From assembly GCA_963732675.1 (NCBI GenBank), contig CAVTAJ010000013.1:98137-162136 (forward strand): a stretch of DNA of 64,000 nucleotides, given 5' to 3'. Shown piece by piece: positions 50,946 through 58,262 of this stretch (the stretch's first letter is position 1; every line of letters starts with the position of its first letter). The notes beneath the pieces were generated by a model. It was not told where the DNA came from and searched no databases. It saw only the letters and a program-made list of their open reading frames with translations. The stretch is from Nitrospirota bacterium (GTDB lineage Bacteria; Nitrospirota; UBA9217). The translations under genes were made by a program, and so were the position numbers.

Positions 50946-51729
50946 CTACCCCAGGTCCCCCGCCGCGAAGGTGATCTCATCGCGGAACGCCTTGATCAGA
51001 TAGACCACCTTCATGAGCTCCCCATCGTTCATATCCACCAGTGGCCGCGCTCAACCCCGCTCCCGCGAGGTAGGAGAGGTATGCAGAGGCCACGGTGGAT
51101 CTCACGTTCTTCGGCAGGCCCGATGTCACGTTCGAGATCCAGACCACCGTATTGATCGGCGGGTCGACCATTTCATTCAGGACCACGATGCTCTCGTGGG
51201 TGTTGAGCAGATGCTCTTGTCCATTGCCCCTGGCGATGTGCACCACCGACGGATCGGCGAAGATCCGCTCGTTCGGGATGTCCGCCGCATTTGCCTTCTC
51301 GATCAGGTCCTCGATGATCATGAGCTTCGCCTCGAGCGTGGCGGGCACGGTGCCCTTGAGCGCCCTGATGACAAGGTTCGATCTGGTCTCCCGGACCAGG
51401 GTGAGGAGTTCACCCGGGTCCGTTTCGTCCGCTGAAAGATAATTGATGATCGGCGGTTCCGCGCAGAGCGGCACGGTCTTCTTGAGCGCCTTCACATTCC
51501 GCGAGTCAAGGCAGAGGGGCAGGCCTGAACCCTTTTGCACGGCCTCGCACGCCATCGGGAGGCTGACCTCGTCGCCGGCGCCGTCGAGCGACACCTGCAC
51601 GTTGATCATATCCGCACCTTTGGCCGCCAGTTCCTTTGCCATGGCACCGATCGCCTTCGCGTCCTTCTTCTTGAGCGCATCCCTATAAGCTTTGTTCCTT
51701 ACACTGAGATTGTCCGCGATTACGAGCAT
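50946..51729 (-). CDS. pterin-binding (DHPS-like TIM barrel) methyltransferase, MtrH/AcsE-like; one frame change near 51040
   Basis: ATG at 51729 follows AAGGAGG. MLVIADNLSVRNKAYRDALKKKD...GADMINVQV...LCLDS...IINYLS...IFADPSV... In the shifted frame the C-terminus is restored as LVDMNDGELMKVVYLIKAFRDEITFAAGDLG, with the stop at 50946. Confidence 0.7.
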
Positions 51730-51815
51730 GTGTTCCTCCTTGAGCATTATGGTGTCAGTCGCAAATTCTCAGTCAGTTTCAAATCAAATTCTTCTCAAAA
51801 TGGGGAAATTATTTT

Positions 51816-51986
51816 CGCGCAAAGACACTAAGCTCGCAAAGAAAGGCCAAATCATTTGTTTATTAAAACCAAGGCCTAAAGGTTTTCTTTGCGTTCTTTG
51901 CCTGTGCCCGCGCCTTGGCAACAGCAGGGTACGGCTTTGCGAGAGACGCCTTTGAGCTTTTGCCTTTTGGTTCCGGCTTTGCCGCG
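51816..51986. repeat. heptad-hairpin element, CGCAAAG/CTTTGCG word type, with an extended right arm
   Basis: CGCGCAAAGACACTAAGCTCGCAAAGAAAGGCC ... GGTTTTCTTTGCGTTCTTTGCCTGTGCCCGCGCCTTGGC...GGCTTTGCGAGAGACGCCTTTGAGC...GGCTTTGCCGCG. Confidence 0.8.
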
Positions 51987-52030
51987 TTAAGTTTCTTACT
52001 GGTGATGATTTCAAAAAACCCGATTGTACC

Positions 52031-52170
52031 GCAGCGTCACGGAGGGCATGGAGGTGAAAAATAATCAGGCAAATGAGGATTTACGAGAGTCTCACCAAGA
52101 ACTTCTTACTATATAAGCTTCGCAGACTCCCGCCCTAAAACTCCGTGTCACAGTGCCTCCGTGGGTGAAA
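52031..52170. repeat. heptad-hairpin element, CACGGAG/CTCCGTG word type, adjacent to the previous copy
   Basis: GCAGCGTCACGGAGGGCATGGAGGTGAAAA ... CTTCGCAGACTCCCGCCCTAAAACTCCGTGTCACAGTGCCTCCGTGGGTGAAA. Confidence 0.8.
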
Positions 52171-52283
52171 TTGACTGTTTCGAATATTTCCATTTTTAGT
52201 ATAGCATAAATTCCTTCCGCTCATGTCAATGAAGCCGCTCACTCAAAACTTGACAAAATTCCGATGTCGATTATAGTTATCGT

Positions 52284-53139
52284 ATGCAAAGAGAGAAATT
52301 AAGCCTTCACCATAAAGACCTCCTTTATGCAAGGCTCCGTACGCTCACGGTCCCCCTTTCCGAATATACCTTTCCCAACCTGTACCTGTTCCGCGGAATA
52401 CACGATTATGAGGTGATCGTTGACAAGGAGATCTTTGTCAGGGGTACAACCTACGACGGCCATTCCTATCTTATGCCGACCACGGATGTTCGTTCGCTGG
52501 ATAGCGGGTATCTCAAGGACATGATGCGCGGGGTCGATTTTCTCTTCCCTGTCCCCGAGGAGTGGCTGTCCTGTTTTAGTACCGACGAGTTCGAGATCAC
52601 CTTTGCTGAAGGCGACGCGGATTATATGTACACCGTGGAAAAAATGAGCACCCTGACAGGAAGGAACCTGCACAAAAAGAGAAATCTGCTGAAGCAGTTC
52701 CTGGAGAGGTACACGGCACGAGGCCCGGCCCCTGACCAATGACCGGCTGGACCAGGCGCGGACCATCCTCGCGGACTGGCTTGCAACTACGGAGATGCAG
52801 GCCGATGACACCGACTTCGGTCCCTGCCTGGAGGCCCTCGACCGGTACGAGGAGCTCATCCTCTGCGGCGGGATCTATTACGCCGACAACGAGCCCGCGG
52901 GATTCGTGCTCGGCGAAGAGCTGAACGAAGCGACCTTTGTGCTGCACTTTGCCAAGGCCAGGACGAAATTCAAAGGTGTCTACCAATACATGTTCAACAA
53001 CTTCGCGAAGATCCTGCCGCCAAAGTACAAATACCTGAACCTCGAGCAGGACCTTGACAAGGAAAATTTGCGGGTCTTCAAGTCATCCTATATCCCCGAT
53101 GTGATGCTCAAAAAGGCCCGGGTGAGGCTGAGGGCCTGA
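52284..53139 (+). CDS. DUF2156 protein (MprF C-terminal, aminoacyl-phosphatidylglycerol-synthase-like fold); one frame change near 52725
   Basis: LSEYTFPNLYLFRGIHDYEV...TYDGHSYLMP...DYMYTVEKMSTLTGRNLHKKRNLLKQFLERY continues in the +1 frame as ...LDQARTILADWL...GGIYYADNEPAGFVLGEELNEATFVLHFAKARTKFKGVYQYMFNNFA...NLEQDLDKENLRVFKSSY. Confidence 0.65.
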
Positions 53140-53185
53140 GGGAAATAACTACCAGGACAGAGAGTAGCGTCTGCGACTTAAGACG

Positions 53186-53322
53186 ATGGATCCCCTGCAT
53201 GAATGAACTGGAACTAAATAAACTGCTTCCCAGGATCCATGCATGAGCCTGGAACTAAGAACTAAGAACTAAAAACTAATAACTAAAAACTGCTTTTCCA
53301 TGTCTCCGTGCATGAGCCTGGG
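53186..53322. repeat. tandem array: three copies of a (GGATCC..TGCATGA..CTGG)+(GAACTAA)n+ACTGCTT unit with a variable heptad count
   Basis: ...TGGATCCCCTGCATGAATGAACTGGAACTAAATAAACTGCTTCCCA / GGATCCATGCATGAGCCTGGAACTAAGAACTAAGAACTAAAAACTAATAACTAAAAACTGCTTTTCCA / TGTCTCCGTGCATGAGCCTGG. Confidence 0.7.
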
Positions 53323-53462
53323 GAAAATCACCACCTTACTATTGCAATTTCACCAGATAGAAATCACTGACTACACGTTGTTGGAAAGAAGAATGGATTA
53401 TTGCAAGAGCTAATCGTTGAGATATTAGCACGTTAGCTTTTATGCTGCCAATGATAGAATAG

Positions 53463-53478
53463 TGGTATGGTAATTGCT
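53463..53478 (+). promoter_or_regulatory. sigma54 (-24/-12) promoter TGGTATGGTAATTGCT upstream of the REC-PilZ gene
   Basis: Matches TGGCAC-N5-TTGCW at TGG.A.G....TTGCT, with the canonical GG-N10-GC spacing (GG 53464-65, GC 53476-77). It lies 69 nt before the ATG at 53547. An NtrC-type activator is encoded next door. Confidence 0.7.
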
Positions 53479-53546
53479 ATAAATTGTCTAAGTTGCTCTG
53501 TACTCAGTACTCATCCAAGATATGGAAACGCCGGGAGCCCTGGTTA

Positions 53547-54329
53547 ATGAAAAGAATATTGATCGTTGATGATGAAAATTTGATCCGGTACTCCCTTTCC
53601 GCTTCGCTCCGGCAGGACGATACCTATGTCAAGGCTGTTGCATGCGGAAAAGACGCGATCGACGAGATAGACCATATCTTTTACGATCTCTGTTTTCTCG
53701 ACGTTAACCTCCCTGACATAAATGGCCTGGAGATCATGAAGTACATCAAAAAATCTTCGCCAGCCACGAAGATCATTATTATGACGGGGGGCGTGGTTGA
53801 TGAACCTGAAATGCTGCAATCCATTCAGGCGAATGCGAATCTGCTCCTTCCCAAACCCTTTGATCTGGACCGCATCAAGCTGTTCGTGGATCGAATCATC
53901 GGTCAGGGAATGTCCATACGCCGGTCGGAAGAGCAGTCTTACAGCGGGAGCGAACACGAACCATTCGAAAACTGGCTGAGGGAAGACAAGAGACTGTACC
54001 AGAGAAAGGCAGTCGAACAGTGTACTACCTGTTCCGTGATCGTCGCAGAGAACGAACAGGGAGAAAGGAATTTAACCGCCAGCGTGCTCGATATCAGCGA
54101 TGCCGGAATGCGCATCCGGACTGATTATGGGCTCAAACCCGGACACCTCCTCCGGGTCAGCAACAGCCCTGCCCTGTCTACAGGGATTGTGCGGTGGAGC
54201 AAGAGCGCGGGGGCCGAAAACTCCTACCACGCAGGGATCCAGTTCGTCATGCCGGAGAATCCATCCAACAGCTCCTTTTTACAGGCGCACGACAGCTCCC
54301 CTTTACAGGCGCAGGCTGATGGAGACTAG
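53547..54329 (+). CDS. response-regulator receiver domain fused to a PilZ-like C-terminal domain
   Basis: REC: MKRILIVDDENLIRYSL...YDLCFLDVNLPDINGLEIMKYIKK...IIIMTG...LPKPF. PilZ-like: LYQRKAVEQCTTCSVIV...ASVLDISDAGMRIRTDYGLKPGHLLRV. Confidence 0.75.
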   Translation: MKRILIVDDENLIRYSLSASLRQDDTYVKAVACGKDAIDEIDHIFYDLCFLDVNLPDINGLEIMKYIKKSSPATKIIIMTGGVVDEPEMLQSIQANANLLLPKPFDLDRIKLFVDRIIGQGMSIRRSEEQSYSGSEHEPFENWLREDKRLYQRKAVEQCTTCSVIVAENEQGERNLTASVLDISDAGMRIRTDYGLKPGHLLRVSNSPALSTGIVRWSKSAGAENSYHAGIQFVMPENPSNSSFLQAHDSSPLQAQADGD

Positions 54330-54427
54330 TTGTAACCGTTCATATTCAAAAAACGGGTAAAAGCGCACTGCGCAAAAAAAATCCTGCTTTTATGGTTTTA
54401 CTTCCGCTCCTGAGTAACTTCGATGTG

Positions 54428-55816
54428 CTACTCTAATCCGTATTTCTTCACCTGATATCGCAGAGTATCATAGCTGACCTGCAGGAGCTTGGCCGCCTGT
54501 GCCTTATTATTTTTCGTCCGCTCCAGCGCCTGAACGATCAGCCCCTTTTCCACTTCATCGAGCGATATGCCGGTTTCGGGGAGCGCGAACTTCGCGACCG
54601 GTGGTTGGCTGACGATGCCTGATTGACCGGTCAACCAGTTCGGCAGATGCTTCGGGAGGATCTCCTCCGCGCTTTCCAGTACCACAAGCCTTTCCACAAG
54701 GTTCCGCAGCTCCCGGACATTTCCCGGCCATGCGTAGGATTCCATGAGTTTTTCCGATTCCGGCGAGAAGCGTTTTATCGATTTCTTATTATACCGCTGG
54801 GCGATGTGCGAGAGAAAATAGCCGGCCACGAGCGGAATGTCCTCTTTCCGCTCCCTGAGCGGGGGCACATGCAGATAGAAGATGCTCAAGCGGTAGAACA
54901 GGTCCATTCTGAATTCGCCTTTTTCCACCGCTTCCGAGAGGTTCCTGTTCGTCGTTGCTATGACCGTTACATCGACGGGGATCTCCTCACTCCCGCCGAT
55001 CGGCCGTACGGTCCGCTCCTCCAGCACCCGCAGGAGCTTGCCCTGAAGGTTCTGCTTCATGTCGCCGATCTCATCGAGAAGGATCGACCCGCCCTGCGCC
55101 ATTTCAAACAAGCCCTTCTTGGCCGACCGGGCATCGGTAAACGAGCCCTTTTCGTATCCGAAGAGCTCGCTCTCCAGGAGGGTCTCGGGCAGGGCCACGC
55201 AGTTCAACTTGATGAACGGGGAAAACCCCGACCGACCCTCATCACGGATCAACCGGTGGGCATACCGCGCGAACAGTTCCTTCCCGGTCCCGCTCTCCCC
55301 GGTGATGAGGAGCGTGGAGACCGAGGCCTCGGCCATCATCTCTATTTTTGACTTTAATTCCCGCACTGCCGCTGACCCGCCGATGATCTCCTTCTCAAAG
55401 ACCTCTGACTGCACCTTTCGGAGATAATCGACCTCCTGTTTCAATTGTCCTTTTTCAATGATGTTGTGGAGAACGATCTTGACCTCATCGACATTGAACG
55501 GCTTCGTGAGATAATCCGCGGCACCAAGCTTCATCGCCTTCACCGCGGTCTCCGCCGTGTCGTCAGCCGTCAGCATGACGACCTGGAGCGGGAGTTCCTC
55601 CTTGACGATCTCCTTCAGGACATCGATGCCGTTCCGGTCGGCGATCCGGATATCGAGGAGGACGACGGCGGGGGACCAGGCCTTGATCTTGCTCACGATA
55701 TCGTCCGCATCGGTCGCTGTTCGGACCTCGTATCCACCGTTCTTCAGCACCCGCGAGAGCATGGAAATAATGAGCTCATCATCATCAACGAGAAAGATCT
55801 TCTCTTTGTTTTTCAT
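54428..55816 (-). CDS. sigma54-dependent NtrC-family response regulator (REC-AAA+-HTH)
   Basis: REC: IFLVDDDELII...VVLLDIRIADRNG...KPF. AAA+: TLLITGESGTGKELFARYAH, GSILLDEIGDM, and GAFTGA-like ESELFGYEKGSFTDA. C-terminal Fis-type HTH: NKAQAAKLLQVSYDTLRYQVKKYGL. Confidence 0.9.
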   Translation of the reverse strand: MKNKEKIFLVDDDELIISMLSRVLKNGGYEVRTATDADDIVSKIKAWSPAVVLLDIRIADRNGIDVLKEIVKEELPLQVVMLTADDTAETAVKAMKLGAADYLTKPFNVDEVKIVLHNIIEKGQLKQEVDYLRKVQSEVFEKEIIGGSAAVRELKSKIEMMAEASVSTLLITGESGTGKELFARYAHRLIRDEGRSGFSPFIKLNCVALPETLLESELFGYEKGSFTDARSAKKGLFEMAQGGSILLDEIGDMKQNLQGKLLRVLEERTVRPIGGSEEIPVDVTVIATTNRNLSEAVEKGEFRMDLFYRLSIFYLHVPPLRERKEDIPLVAGYFLSHIAQRYNKKSIKRFSPESEKLMESYAWPGNVRELRNLVERLVVLESAEEILPKHLPNWLTGQSGIVSQPPVAKFALPETGISLDEVEKGLIVQALERTKNNKAQAAKLLQVSYDTLRYQVKKYGLE

Positions 55817-57651
55817 ACCGTGTGTACCCTTTCCGGATGTGTTGCCATGAGGCTGATTTTAAAGGTGACGCCTCCGCTTGCGTTCTTTTCGATGCTGATC
55901 CTCCCCCCATGGTCCTCGATCAGCCGTTTCGAGATCGCCAGCCCCAATCCGGTCCCTTTTGGTTTCGTCGTGAAAAACGGATGGAATATCTTGTCCATCA
56001 CCGCAGCGCTTATTCCCTTGCCCGTATCGGATATTTCCACCAGAACGACCTGAGCTGCCGCATCGAACAGGGTTTTCATGGTCAGGGTGCCGCCGTCCTG
56101 CATGGCGTCAACGGCATTCAGGATCAGGTTCATGAATACCTGCTTCAGCTGCATGGGGTCGGCCGTGATCATCGGAAGCCGGCTGTCGAAATCCTTCACG
56201 ACAGCGATCGTCCGCGAAGACCCCGGCGTGCGGGACTGATCTTGCAACACCAGGCCTGAAACGCCGGAAAGGACCTCGTTCACATCCGTTTCAGCGAATC
56301 GGGGCCGGGGCGGTCGGGCAAAACTGAGGAGACCCTGTATTAACGATTCTATCCGCCTGATCTCGTCGATCACTTTCACGAGGACGCCCCGGTCCTCTTC
56401 CGGCATGTACGGCTCATTGGAGAGGACCTCGATCGACACCTTGATGCCGGCAAGGGGGTTCTTGATCTCGTGCGCGAGACCGGCTGCCAGCTCTCCCACC
56501 ATCTTGAGCTGTTCAGCCCGCTGCATTTTTTCCTCCGCCTCTTTCCGCGCGGTGAGGTCGCGGTCGATCGCGAGAATATATTTATGGCCCCCGAGTTGGA
56601 GCAGGGTGGCGCTGATCTCGATCGGGAACAGCGTGCCGTCTTTTTTTCGATGTTCGGTCTCTACCTCGAGCACTTCCCCGTTGAGTATCTGCCTGATCCT
56701 CTCCGGCGCGCCCGCAGCGAACTCAGGCGTGTCGAGGCTTGCTATGTGCATCCCCAGGAGCTCCTCGATCGTATAGTCGTGCATCGCCGCCGCGGCCGGA
56801 TTTGCCGCAACGATCCTGCCTGCCTGCGCCCCTTCGGCATCCAGGATAAAGATGGAATCCGTCGCGGTTTCAAACAACAGCCGATAACGCTTCTCGCTTT
56901 CCTCGATTTTCTGCAGATGTTCCCTGAGCGATCCCGCCATCGCATTAAATCCGACCGCCAGTTCCGCGAACTCGTCCCGGAGCCCTTCGATCCGGTACTC
57001 CAGGTCGCCTGCCTTCAATTTTCTCGTTGCATCGAGGAGGACATGGATCGGCCCCGTAACGCCCCTGATCACCGTAATGGCCAGTACCGCGATCAGCAAG
57101 GGACCGGCGGCGACGAGCAGGATCAGGAAGATCCTCGTCTGATGCACTTCCCGCAGGGCGTTTTCAGTCCGGTTGTTGAGCCTCTTGGTGGTCATGACGA
57201 TCATGGTATTGATCTTGCTGATGAGAGAACGACTGATGAGGCGGGCGGCTTCCTGTTCTGCCTGAAACCGGCGGGACTTCGCCTTCAGGGTCAATACGCT
57301 GCTTACTGCATGGCCATAGTGGTCGATCTGCTTTTGCAGATCACGAAGTTCCTCCATCACGAGCTCGTTATGGTGACAATTAAAACAGGTGTTGATGGAA
57401 TCCCCCATATCGCGTACGTGCCTGGAGACCGCGTCGACGCTCTCCGCGTTCTGTACGCCTTGCGAATACAGGTCCGCCTGTACCTCGCGAATATTCAGCA
57501 AAAGGCGCTCTCTCAGTATCTCAACCTGATGGGACGTGATAATTTTTTCGAACCGCGATGCGTTGGCATCGATCGCCTTGATGAGGTAGATACCCCCCAG
57601 GAGAAAGAGCAGGGACACGACACCGAGGACTATGATGATCTTTTTTTTCAT
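55813..57651 (-). CDS. sensor histidine kinase: periplasmic helical domain with a CxxCH haem-c motif, then HAMP, PAS, HisKA and HATPase_c
   Basis: TM1 IIIVLGVVSLLFLLGGIYLI. Periplasmic segment of about 135 aa containing NTCFNCHHN (codons at 57373-57387). TM2 IFLILLVAAGPLLIAVLAITV. H-box LAHEIKNPL. N and G boxes: NLILNAVDAM...DTGKGI...GTGLGLAI. Confidence 0.85.
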   Translation of the reverse strand: MKKKIIIVLGVVSLLFLLGGIYLIKAIDANASRFEKIITSHQVEILRERLLLNIREVQADLYSQGVQNAESVDAVSRHVRDMGDSINTCFNCHHNELVMEELRDLQKQIDHYGHAVSSVLTLKAKSRRFQAEQEAARLISRSLISKINTMIVMTTKRLNNRTENALREVHQTRIFLILLVAAGPLLIAVLAITVIRGVTGPIHVLLDATRKLKAGDLEYRIEGLRDEFAELAVGFNAMAGSLREHLQKIEESEKRYRLLFETATDSIFILDAEGAQAGRIVAANPAAAAMHDYTIEELLGMHIASLDTPEFAAGAPERIRQILNGEVLEVETEHRKKDGTLFPIEISATLLQLGGHKYILAIDRDLTARKEAEEKMQRAEQLKMVGELAAGLAHEIKNPLAGIKVSIEVLSNEPYMPEEDRGVLVKVIDEIRRIESLIQGLLSFARPPRPRFAETDVNEVLSGVSGLVLQDQSRTPGSSRTIAVVKDFDSRLPMITADPMQLKQVFMNLILNAVDAMQDGGTLTMKTLFDAAAQVVLVEISDTGKGISAAVMDKIFHPFFTTKPKGTGLGLAISKRLIEDHGGRISIEKNASGGVTFKISLMATHPERVHTV

Positions 57652-58156
57652 GATTAACGGGGAACGTTACGGCACCTTGCTGCGAGGAGATTATACAACC
57701 AGAACAGTACTGCTAGCTCTGTAGTTTTGGGCCATCCGGTTTCGTGCGGTTTGCTCACCCACTGAACAACGGCGTTCAGATCGACGGGCTGGTCTCATAA
57801 CTCCTTTGAAGGGTCTCATCCGGGACACGTCTGTGATGAAGAGCGTAAAACTTCGTTATCTTAACGCAAATGTAACATCCTGTCAATATACCAAAATATC
57901 GCTGTCAAGCCAAAGCTAAAATGTCCTTTTTTGGATGTGTCCTGCAGCCCTGTTCTAGTTTTAACCTTTGCTTTTTCCGGAGTTACCATGGCACACTCAC
58001 GTTTTTAAATGGTAGAATAATAAAAAGTTTTTGGCTTAGCATGAAGAACCTTCGGGGTATTGAAAAACCCCGGATAAAGGTATATCCTGGGACGATTCTT
58101 CTGCTCCTACGGATTCGAGCACGTAACGGCATTAGCAATATATGATGTCATTTTGT

Positions 58157-58188
58157 TTGAAAAAAGTTGACTTTAGTACTATAGTACT
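58157..58188 (+). promoter_or_regulatory. sigma70-type promoter candidate (TTGAAA-N17-TATAGT) for the OmcS-like gene, overlapped by a perfect 14-bp palindrome AGTACTATAGTACT
   Basis: -35 at 58157-58162, -10 at 58180-58185, palindrome at 58175-58188. Confidence 0.5.
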
Positions 58189-58262
58189 GATATGAAGAAG
58201 TAAACAGGGTAGTTTATGATGGACCTTCCATCATGACCGTAATTAAATTCAGGGAGGACGAT

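Noticed and set aside
3484-52170. The purine-rich arm is on the left of the + strand in 13 of 13 elements, which at first looked like a replication-strand bias.
   Set aside because: The reverse complement of a purine-arm/loop/pyrimidine-arm hairpin has the same polarity, so the observation carries no strand information. Only the asymmetric 28-nt core reveals orientation, and that occurs both ways.
3484-53322. Whether the heptad tandem repeats and hairpin elements could be CRISPR arrays.
   Set aside because: Repeat words are only 7 nt and there is no regular repeat-spacer periodicity of 25-40 nt. Each locus is an inverted-repeat hairpin rather than a direct-repeat array. No cas genes are present.
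57652-58262. A GEMM-I (c-di-GMP/cGAMP) riboswitch or a sigma54 promoter upstream of the omcS-like gene, as known for Geobacter cytochrome genes.
   Set aside because: The leader after the best promoter candidate is only about 70 nt. The 600-nt spacer lacks the G-rich GEMM core; there is only an isolated ACGCAAA at about 57865. The TGG...GC candidates (about 57669, 57933, 58088) all have wrong GG-GC spacing by 1 nt.
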